From contig NC_045705.1 of NCBI RefSeq assembly GCF_009834535.1, positions 66,402,001 through 66,466,000 of the forward strand: 64,000 nucleotides of DNA. The letters run 5' to 3'. This document shows positions 17,430-26,790 of the stretch, one piece after another. This DNA comes from Camelus ferus. Lineage: Eukaryota. How positions within the stretch are numbered: the first letter of the stretch is position 1; the number at the start of each line of letters is the position of its first letter. The position numbers and the translations under genes are program-made. The notes under the pieces were generated by a model. It did not search any database and was not told the DNA's origin. It saw nothing but the letters and a program-made list of their open reading frames with translations.

Positions 17430-19100
17430 AGTGTGCCTTGGGAGAGAGGCTGGACTGCGTCTTCCCGGTGGCCGCAAGCCACGGCGCCGACGGCAGGTGG
17501 CGCCAAAGGCGCATTCATGGAAGCCGTCCGCGGGGCTCTTCGTCTCGGAGCGGCCTCCAGAGAACCCGCAATCTAGTCAAACTGAACGGAAATCGTGGGT
17601 AGAGAAGAGAGAGGACGCCACGGCCGTGTTCAGGGGCATCCTGGTCAACGGGGTGCGCACCCAGTTGTCTGAGCATACCCAGAGGCAGTGAACAACCTCG
17701 AGAGCTCAGGTCCAGAGCGAGCTCGGCTTGCTTCCCGTCAAGGTGGGGTCTAAGGGTGGGCGGGGCTACACATAACAGAAGGCGGAGTCTGAGAGAAGAG
17801 GTTGGGTTATGTTCTCTGCGTGGTTGAGGCTAGTGCTCAAAGCCCCAGGAGGAGCGCTCTGGGTGGGCGGGGCTTAGGGACCATCACGGGCAGGGCTTCT
17901 GGGCATTCTTAGTGGGAGGGCCCTGAGGCTCTGTGTAGGTGGGCCATTACCTCAGTGTGAAGGAAAAGTGTGTTAGCCATACGTGAGCGGAGCTCTTTCT
18001 TTTGTGAGACCGGGCTTGGGCCGCCCTTGCGACTGGGGATGCGGTGAGGGGGCGGGGCTTGTAGCTGGGGGCGTGGCCAGAAGAGGTGCTTGAAGGGAAC
18101 GCGGTTGCTCCTGGAGGGCAGAGTTTGCATCCCTCCCAGACAGAGTTAATGTTTCTGCGGGATTCCTTGCACCTGTGGACTGAGTCCTCAGCTCTGTAAA
18201 GGAGGAGACTTTGTAGACTCTGGGCGGAGTTTATACCTCCTGGAAGAGGGAACTACTAGCTCTGCCACTCTCCTAGAGAGAACTGCGCCTAGGAGGCGGG
18301 GCTTATGGCCCCGGTGGGCTGTGCCATTGGTACCTCCTTGGTTGGGACGGAGCCGATAGAACAGAGGGGCGGGGCAATCGTTCCGCGAGAATCTCTGAGC
18401 TGACAGAAGGCGAGGCTGTGGCTTTTGTGGACTTGGCCTCTGGAGAGGTCCCGAGGGGACGCTTGACAGCAGTGGGTGGGCGTGGCTCGTAGCTCAGAGA
18501 GACCAGGCTAAAAGCCTGGAGAGGCGGGGCCTGAGTTACTGGGCGGAGCCTGAAACGCAGTACTGAGCCTGGGCGGAGCCCCAGTTCAGCGCAAGTAGGG
18601 GCTCTGCCCTGGGAGGCCGTCTGTTTAGGCCCGCACGCAGCTCTGCATCTGGTGCTCATTACGGGATGACAAAGAGCCGGCTCTGGGCGCTCTTCCCCAC
18701 TCCCATCCCCGCCCTCTGACAGCAGTGGTTTTAACTCCTTCCTGCCCTCGGGGCGCTATGGATCTCCAGCCCAGGGTCACTGGAGGGAATTCCAGTCCTT
18801 ACCATCCTGGCAGGCTTTGTCACACCCTCCCCCTAAGCTGCGCCCCCACCTTCTCAGACCCAGTGCTCTGGACCATCTCGCGACCCCCACTCCCAATCCA
18901 GCGAACCTCTCTGGTTGCACCTCCGATGTTAAAAGCTTGGGCGGGATCTGGCAGGGGCATCTGGTTTGAGTTAGAGGAACGTGAGAGTGGAGGGGGGCGG
19001 TTCGTAATGTTCCCTCCGCCCCCTCTGCACCGCACCCTACCCTGCACCCGCGATCGTCCCTAATTCCCGCCCCTTCTCTCCCCGTCCTCTGGGGCCCGGC
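17430..19100. promoter_or_regulatory. Orphan CpG-rich element with a CTCF-like motif and a GC-box cluster
   Basis: CpG-rich with no recognisable coding exon; ACGGCAGGTGGCGC at 17490-17503; 11 GC-box-like motifs in 17758-18580. Confidence 0.6.
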
Positions 19101-20157
19101 TCAAACTTCTAGCCCAGGCCTAGCCCCTGGGGTCAGGGGGTGGCAAAGGGCACTGCTTAGGGAAAGGGGCTCTGGGCCATCCGTCCTCGCCTGCCGGGTG
19201 GTCGTGGTGGTTCTGCTCTGTCCTAATTAGAGGTCCCTTAGAAGCTGCAACTGAAAAATTACAGAGGTGGTGGGAACCGGCGCCTCCCCCTCCCAGGTCC
19301 CGCCTCTCCCTCTCCCCAAGTATGTGAGTGTAGGATGAGGGAGGTTGCTGGGTACCCCCAGGCTGTGATTTTTTTTACCAGCCTCTCCTCCTGTTCATGG
19401 GACACCTCAGCCTGGAGCTCCCTGAACCATCACTCAATCTGAGTTCTCCCTGTCCCAGCACCGTCCATGCATAGAAGGGCACAGTGTGGCCCAAGATGGG
19501 AAGGCCTTGCTCAGGAGGCTGCCTAGGGAGCTGAATATGGGATCTCCTCCTGGGTTCCCTGCTCTCCCCAACCCAGCCTGCTGGGCTCTGACTCCCACCT
19601 CCTCCCCAGAGCAGAGAGGAGGCGTGCCTCATAAGCACCTACAACCCAGAGGGGTGGCAGTACCCTTGAGTGACCTGAACCTCAGCCACCAATTTCTGGG
19701 CAGCCTTTGGGGATAGGAAGGGAAATACTGGAAGAAAGGAGAAGCTCACCCACTAGACCCCTTTCATTCCCCAGAGTCACCAGGCCTAGAGCTTACCTTT
19801 GACCTCCTAAGCCCCAGTTTGGCTCCAATTCAGCAGAAGCCCTCATTCCAGAACCCTCCTCCAGATTCAGTCCCACCTTCTTAGAGTTTTGGTAAAAAGA
19901 AGAACAAATATGGAATTCTCTCCATGCCAAATCTCCCATTCCTAGGCCCGCTGTGTGACCTTGGGCAAGGTCCTGCCCTCCGGGTTCCTGTTTCCCTGAG
20001 AATCTCTAGAGCATACACTCTCTCAAGGGGTCTTACCTTATTTCCTTGCAGGCCCAAACAAGCTGAAAGAAGGTCCTTTTCTTTTTCCTGAGTCCTCCCA
20101 GACCCTCCCCTCAGGCACTAATGGAGGTCAGGAGCTCTGGGTGAGGTTGGCACCTCG

Positions 20158-20163
20158 TTTATT
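20158..20163 (-). terminator. Polyadenylation signal of CD248
   Basis: TTTATT on + (AATAAA on -), about 250 nt after the stop. Confidence 0.75.
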
Positions 20164-20415
20164 GGAGAAGATCCCAGCACCCACCCCCAGAGGTCCTGGA
20201 GGCCTCAGCATCTCCTCTGTCGTGAGTGCTGGGCCAGGAAACAGAGTTCCTGAGTCAAGTCTAGTGGTTGAGTGAGAGAGGAGTCTGGCTGGGCCCAGGG
20301 GAGCAGGAAGCCCTCTGTCCAGCTGGGCAGCCCGCATGGGTCCCTGGTGCAGCCTGAGACATGTGTCCAACGCATGCTTCTTTCCCCCACCCCGCAGAGG
20401 GGGTGCTGCGCCCCA

Positions 20416-22737
20416 TCACACGCTGGTTCTGCAGGTCTGCACCCCTGTGAGGCTGCCCCGGTGGGGCGCAGGTTCCGTCGGGCCCTTGCTCCCAGTGTGG
20501 GTGACCCAGCGATAGCAGTCGGTCACACTCTTGTTGGGTGCGTGGGGGCCACAGCGGGTACAGTACACAATGCCCAGTGCGAGTAGGACCACCAAGAAGA
20601 CGCATGCGGGCACTAGGAGTGCCACCAGCAGCCACCGATCATCACTCCGACTGCGGCCTCCTAGACTGGCCTCCCCCAGGGCTGTCGGGGCAGCTGTGGG
20701 AGCTGCTGAGGGCAGCCATGGTGTCAGACTAGGGTCAGGGGCCCCTTCCCTTGGGACTTGTGGGGCTTTGGAATGGGGGTGTGTAGGGCTGGTGAGTGAG
20801 GTCTGGTTAGTGGGGCTCTGACCAGGCAGAGAAGTGTGGAAGGCTGGGGCCTGGGTGGCAGCAGGCACAGGGACTTGATGGGCAGGGAGTACAGGGGACT
20901 TGGAGGTAGTGGTCAGAAAAGGCTGGACAGTAGAAGTAATGGGAAGGTGGGGGGCCTTGGCTTTGAGGACTGGGACATCTGGAGTCACACTGGGTGGATG
21001 GGGACTGGAGGTGGTGATCAGAAGGGTGTGGTTAGCTGGGATTCGAGGCAAATGAGTGGTGGTCTGGGTATCAATGGCCTGGGTATCTGGAAACATGGGG
21101 GACTGGTGAGCAGGGGGCAGTTCGGGATATTTGGCTGAGATAATTGGGGGCTGGTGGGCAGGGGTTGGTCCTGGGTATGTGGCAGAGATAACAGGAGGTT
21201 GGTGGGCTGAAGGCAGATCTGGATATTTGGCCGAAATCATGGGGAACTGGTGGTCAGAGGGCAAAGATGGATGCATGGCAGGGATCAAAGGGGGCTGAGG
21301 GGCAGGGGCCAGGGGTGGGCGTGTGGCAGAGATAATAGGGGGTTGGTGGGCTGAAGGCAGTGTGGGGCGTGTGGCAGAGACTACCACAGGCCGGGTGATA
21401 GAGAGCACTGAGGAGAGGTAGGGGACCCTGGGAGCACTAAGCGGGGGTGGCCACGTGGGATCCAGGTAGGGCATCCGTGGCTCTCCATCCTCTGGGAAGC
21501 TAGGTCTATAGGCCAGGCCAAAGTCAGACGACTGCGTGGCTTCCATCCACGGGATCCCAGGCATCTCTGTCCAGCCACCATCAAAGGCCTCCCAGGACTC
21601 ATCTTCATCCTCTTCATCCTCCCCGTCATCCAGCAACTCATCCCCAAGGTCCTGAGAAGCCCGGGCACCCATGGCCCCAGCAGGGCTGCAGCTGATGCCA
21701 TCGGCCTCAAGCTCGTGGCCCTCACTGCAGTAGCACTCAAAGCCACCGACGTAGTTGACACACATCTGCTGGCACACGCCTGCGATCTGGCACTCATCTG
21801 TGTCCACGCAGCGGTGTGGCTCATCCTCGGCTGGCCGGAAACCCAGGCGACAGTGGCAGCTGTAGCCCTGTGGCCCACCAGGCTCACACTGCTGCTCACA
21901 TGGGGCCTGGGCACAGGGGTCCTCGCAGCTGTGCCCATCCACCGCCAGCCGGAAGCCCTCGGTGCAGCGACAGGACACCCGACCATCCACCTCCTCCACA
22001 CACTCGTGTTCACAGCCCCCGTTGTCGGGGCCGCAGCCAGTACCAGGGCACAAGGGCCCAGCCCGTGACCAGCCCACACCACCGTCGGGCTGCTTCACAC
22101 AGAGCAGGGAGGCTTCTCTGCCAGCCTGGCACGGCACGGCAGCAACGGAGCCGAAGGGCAGCCACTCAAACTCGGTGGAGACCAGGTGGAAAGGCGTGGT
22201 GTAGACTGCTGGGCCGGCCTGGCCCGCCTCACCAGGCAGCGCTGGGCAGGAGCCCTCAAAGCCGAACTGGCACAGGTAGCCATCGACGGCCAGCGTGCAC
22301 GAGCCCTCGAGCCAGCGATGCTCGCCACTTGCCTCAAGGGCCGCACAGCGCTGGGCCGGGCAGGGCCCTCCCGTGGCTGGCTGGGCCCAGTTGGTGAAGG
22401 CTGTGTCCTGGTCCCCCGTGGTCCATGTGAAGCCACGCAGTGGGCGCTGCGGCTGGCATTGCCGGGCCTGCCGCTGCAGCCCGATCCACAGCAGCCAGCT
22501 GGCCGGACCGGAGCCCACCAGGCTGTCCACGCGCTGGGCCTCCTCGGGGGTCCGCGGCGTGGCCAGGTCACCCCCAAGCTCGCGGCAGGCCAGCCAGGCC
22601 TCCAGGAAGGTGCGGCGCCGTGGGAAGAGCGCGTAACAGCTGCCCGGGCCGCAGGCGGCGCGCGGCTCCGTGGCCCAGGGGGCCTGGCCCAGGGTGGGCA
22701 CCGCAGCCGCCCAGGCCAGCAGCAGGCGCAGCAGCAT
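20416..22737 (-). CDS. CD248: Endosialin / TEM1 (C-type lectin, sushi, 3 EGF, mucin-like, TM, PDZ-binding tail), intronless, 773 aa
   Basis: Single ORF from the signal peptide MLLRLLLAWAAAVPTLG through CTLD (WIGL), EGF repeats (CVDTDECQIAGVCQQMCVN), a Pro/Thr/Ser-rich stalk and TM (WLLVALLVPACVFLVVLLALGIVYC) to CRTSV*. ATG at 22737. Confidence 0.97.
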   Translation of the reverse strand: MLLRLLLAWAAAVPTLGQAPWATEPRAACGPGSCYALFPRRRTFLEAWLACRELGGDLATPRTPEEAQRVDSLVGSGPASWLLWIGLQRQARQCQPQRPLRGFTWTTGDQDTAFTNWAQPATGGPCPAQRCAALEASGEHRWLEGSCTLAVDGYLCQFGFEGSCPALPGEAGQAGPAVYTTPFHLVSTEFEWLPFGSVAAVPCQAGREASLLCVKQPDGGVGWSRAGPLCPGTGCGPDNGGCEHECVEEVDGRVSCRCTEGFRLAVDGHSCEDPCAQAPCEQQCEPGGPQGYSCHCRLGFRPAEDEPHRCVDTDECQIAGVCQQMCVNYVGGFECYCSEGHELEADGISCSPAGAMGARASQDLGDELLDDGEDEEDEDESWEAFDGGWTEMPGIPWMEATQSSDFGLAYRPSFPEDGEPRMPYLDPTWPPPLSAPRVPYLSSVLSITRPVVVSATRPTLPSAHQPPIISATRPPLAPAPQPPLIPAMHPSLPSDHQFPMISAKYPDLPSAHQPPVISATYPGPTPAHQPPIISAKYPELPPAHQSPMFPDTQAIDTQTTTHLPRIPANHTLLITTSSPHPPSVTPDVPVLKAKAPHLPITSTVQPFLTTTSKSPVLPAHQVPVPAATQAPAFHTSLPGQSPTNQTSLTSPTHPHSKAPQVPREGAPDPSLTPWLPSAAPTAAPTALGEASLGGRSRSDDRWLLVALLVPACVFLVVLLALGIVYCTRCGPHAPNKSVTDCYRWVTHTGSKGPTEPAPHRGSLTGVQTCRTSV
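21091..21378 (-). repeat. Coding tandem repeat, 6 x 48 bp (16 aa), in the CD248 mucin-like stalk
   Basis: Units: SATRPTLPSAHQPPII / SATRPPLAPAPQPPLI / PAMHPSLPSDHQFPMI / SAKYPDLPSAHQPPVI / SATYPGPTPAHQPPII / SAKYPELPPAHQSPMF. Confidence 0.9.
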
Positions 22738-24244
22738 CGCGACGCCCCCCGACTGGCCCGGGCCCGGCCGGCGGCTGCTCTTGACAAGGGGAGGGACCCG
22801 GGCCTCCGAAGGGCGGACCGGGGGGCGGGCCCCGGCCGGGCTGAGGCCTTGTAAGGAGTGGGCTGGGGCCGCTGCCAGCTCCCTGCTCCCGCTCCCCGGG
22901 GCAGCCAAAGCAGGAAGCATTTGGGTGGGGGGCAGGGGTTGGGGGTGCTGGAGGTGAGGGCGGGGGAGGGGAGGAGGAGAGGAGGCTGGACGACCCTCAG
23001 AAAATTCCAGCGCAGTCTGGGGCTCTTGGCAATGGGATGCTGTCGCTTCCCAGAGATTCACAGAGACCCAAGTCGGGACACACCGACCTCATCACACCCG
23101 TGAACAGCTGCTTGTCACACGTGTGGAAGCATGCTCTGACTCACACCCTTCACATCACACACACGTGTATGCTTCTCTCCCCACTCCAGAGCACTCTCTA
23201 CACGCTCTGTCCCTTTGTCCAAGATTTGCGCATCTGACAGGCTAAACCCCTGAGGTGTACATATAAAAGGGGTGTGGCATTCTATATGCCCTAACGCATG
23301 AAGTCCCTCGGGTTTGCATGCAAGCCCTGGATGTGGGAACCACCTTAGGGTCACACGGGAATGGGCATCCTCAACCTGCATTTATATACTGAGCTCCCGC
23401 CTGTACCTCTGCCCTCAAGCCTCCTGTGTGAGGGGCGGGGTGGGTGGGGTGGGAAGGGAGGGGCAGAGTGTTGCTCTCCCTTCACCTCTGCTCAGCCTGG
23501 GGCCCTGGGAACCTGGGCTTAGAGGGGGAGGAGGCAGCCCACAGACAGGAAATGCTTCTCCTACTGCTGGAGGGCAGAGTGCATGTGGGAGGGGGCTGGG
23601 GAGAGGGGGCTGGGCTGGCTGGGAGGGGTCTGGTGAGAGGCCTTGTATGGGCATGGGGCGCACAGTGACACCCACATGCATGTGTGACACAGGCATCACA
23701 TGTCTGGAGCCCTCCCTGCCCCCAGGGCCTGCTACATAGGCCTGGCCAGGGTCCTCTTCCCGCCCCTCCTGGAAGCCTCTGGAGGCTTGTGTACTGAGGC
23801 CATCATTCAGGATGGTCCCTGGGGAGCTGGTTGTCAGATTAACCCCTGCATACCCACTGCACTCTTAGCAGAAACTTGAGCCAGGGGTGAGGACGTGGAG
23901 GAGAGGTTCTGCCCCTCAGTGTGCTGCCCTGGTCCAGCTTCCCCCTCTGTCACCATCTGCTGTGTGACTGTGGGAAGTCACTGACCTTCTCTGGGTCTCC
24001 AGGTTTCTTATCTACAAAACGGGGGCCTTTCAGCCCAGCAGGGCTATTGTATCATAACATGCAGGGTTTGCAGATGTGCTTTGTCAGCTGCGAAGAATGA
24101 GGCAAATGTTCCTTAGTCTTCCGAGCAAATCTGGGTGGGGGGTGGGGCCAGGGTGGCTTTGCTAACCTTCTTACAGTGCTGGGGCTGGCCCTGCAGACGT
24201 GGCCAGTCCCCTGAGAACCAGGACTTTAGAAGTGCTTGCTATAT

Positions 24245-25370
24245 GCCAGGAAGGCCATTCTTTCATGATTTACATCCCTAAAGCATCTAGAATTAGTCCT
24301 TCTCATGAGAGGAAAGTCAATATGGGGCAAGTCATCCTTCCACTGGCTCAGACCCAAAGCCTTGAGATCATCTTTGACTCCTCTTTCCCCCACACCCCAT
24401 GTCCAATCTCTCAGCAAATCCCATTGGCTTCACCTTCAAAACAGATCCAGAATCTGACTGCTTCTCACCACCTTCGTTGCTACTGAAGTCTGGTCCATGC
24501 CACACTGGTCCATCTAGTCTTGCAACAGCCTCTCCTCTGGTCTCTCTTGCCTTCTCCATCCTGCCAGAAGGATCCTTTTAAAACTTACCTCAGAGCCAGT
24601 CACTCCCCTACTCAGAACCCTCGAAGCCCTCATCTTGCTCCGAAGAAAGACCAGAGTCTTTCCCATGGTTGGCCCCCAGGCCTATGTGATCTCCCCCCAA
24701 ACTTCTCATCCCACTCTCTTCCCCTCACTGCCTCTGCTCCAGCCACTCTGGCCTGTGGACATTTCTTGAATTCACCAGGCACACATTGACCTCAGGGCCT
24801 TTGGCTTGGCTGTTCCCCTGCCTGGCACACTCTTCCTGCAAGATTCATATGCTTTGCTACTTTACTTTCTTCGGGTGTCAGCTCAAGCATCAGAGTCCCA
24901 GACTACCTTTCTCCTCCACCATGCCGTAGGGCTCCCTGGCCCCCTGGTCTTGTTCCATTTTTCTCCTTTGCACTTACCACTATCTGACATGGTATATATT
25001 TGCTTGTTGGCCTGAATTCCCCAAGAATCAGAATTCTCAGGCTTGGCATTATTGAGATCCAGGGCTGGGTAATGTCTTGTAGAGTAAGGAGTTTAACAGA
25101 ATTCCTGGTTTCTCTTTAGATGCCAGTAGCATCCCTCCAGTTGGAACAACCAAAAATGACTTCAGACATTGTCACACATCGTGTCCCCTGGGGGCAGCAC
25201 TGCCTCTAGTGGAGAACTCCTGCCCTGGGAGACCGAGCTCCACTATGTCAGGGTCATGGTCTTGTTTCCTACTGTATCCCTGGAGTCTGGAAACCTCCTG
25301 GCCCACAGATGCTGCTCAGCTGGGTTTGCTGAATGAAAGAAAGAATGAATGAATGAGTAAATGAGACTCA
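24245..25370 (+). mobile_element. L2 fragment (interrupted by MER20)
   Basis: ccttcaaaacagatccagaatctgactgcttctcaccacc... and a 3' gaatgaatgaatga tail. Confidence 0.7.
25029..25222. mobile_element. MER20 (hAT-Charlie MITE) inserted in an L2
   Basis: tagatgccagtagcatccctccagttggaacaaccaaaaatgacttcagacattg core, with TIR-like ends CAGAATTCTCA and GGAGAACTCCTG. Confidence 0.75.
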
Positions 25371-26609
25371 GATAAGACTCCGGGCAACACAGTGGGGGTG
25401 CTGGGATTCTTCCTGGAGCCAAAGCCCACCTGCTCCCCACACTCACCCAGCCTTCCCCCGAAGTCCTAACATCCTACAACTGGGAGGTCCCTGGAAATCA
25501 GCAAGTGGGTGGGTACACTGAGGCCCAGGGAGTCTCAAAAGTGAGTTGGTGGCAGGGCTGAGACAAGAACCAAGCCTCTGGACTCTTTTTCTAGTTCTTT
25601 TTGCTGCAGCGCCCTGAGGGGTCATTGGAGCAGTCTGGGAGTTGGATGTGATGTCAAGAAAGGAGGATGGGAGGAAGGCACTTCAGGAAGAAGGCACAGC
25701 CTAAACAAGTTAGCGAGCCGGGAGAGCTCAAGATAATTCAGAGAATTCAAAGGACTCCACCGGGCCTGGAGGGAGGGTAAGTGTTAGAGGAACAGTGAAA
25801 ATGGAAAGTAGCAGAAAAGGATAGAGGCCTGGCTTGGAAGGCTGGCCTCCATCATGGGGGCCCTGGGGATGGGGCTTGATGGGAGAACCCTGGGGCTGTT
25901 GTGTGTTGGGTGGAGGGGGGGACAGGAGTCCAGGGACCAGTTAGGAGATTGTTGCAATAGTCTGGGAGAGGGGAGGGAGCTGGCTGGAGAGCCAGGCCGC
26001 AGGGCGGGGCAGGCTGGGGGAGGCAGCCTCTGGAGGCTCCTTAGGGGCGGGCCAGAGCCTGGTCCAAGGGTGTGGTGGGCCCAGTCATGATTCGGGCAAT
26101 GGCCAGTGCTGGGGCGTCTGAGGGGAGGCTGCAGGCCGTCTGGCAAGTGGGTGGGTCAGATGAGAGGTCAGGACTATAGCAGCAGTGGGGGTGAGGCACT
26201 GGGGGGCAGGCAAGCAAAGCAGGGGGAGAAGGGTCAAAGGCCAAATTCCAGATGGCCTGCTGGGCAAGAGGAGGGAAGCCTGAGCCAGGAAGAGAGGGAG
26301 GAGTGAGATACCCCAATCCCAACAAGACTAAGTGTTTTGTAGGTAGAGAATGAGACTTGGAGATGCACCTGGGTGCCCAGTTTGGGTGGGTGTCTAGCAC
26401 TCACCTGCCCCCAGTCCAGGTTGAGAGAGATGGGGTGGAAGCTGCCTAAGAATTTCCTACCCTAGTCAGGATGTAGCAGGCACAGCATCATGGATCTGGG
26501 GGTGAGGGGATAGAGAGGAGCTTGTTGGGGTCTTCCTATGAGTCCTGTTCAGCCTGACTCATCTTGGTTCCTCCACAGCATGGAGAAGATGCTGACTGAT
26601 GCGATAAAT

Positions 26610-26790
26610 GCTTGGAGGATAGGTGGGTAGATGGGTTGGTGGAAGGGTGAGTTAGGGAGGAGAATGGGTAAATGGATGGATGGGTGGACAGAAGGATAGA
26701 TGGATGGATGTAGGGATGCATAAGTAGATGGATGGACAGCTAAGTGGATGGGTGTGTGGATGAGAAGATGTTTAGATGCATGTTGGATAC
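26610..26790 (+). repeat. Degenerate (GGAT/GATG)n simple repeat
   Basis: atggatggatgggtggacag...gatggatggatgtagggatg. Confidence 0.7.

Noticed and set aside
17431-17691. 86-aa ORF in the orphan CpG tract
   Set aside because: No ATG start, no recognisable homolog and no convincing splice sites.
22738-23061. 108-codon in-frame extension of the CD248 ORF, including an ATG at 22920
   Set aside because: The signal peptide starts at 22737. The extension is GC-rich promoter sequence, probably upstream of the TSS, and would bury the signal peptide.
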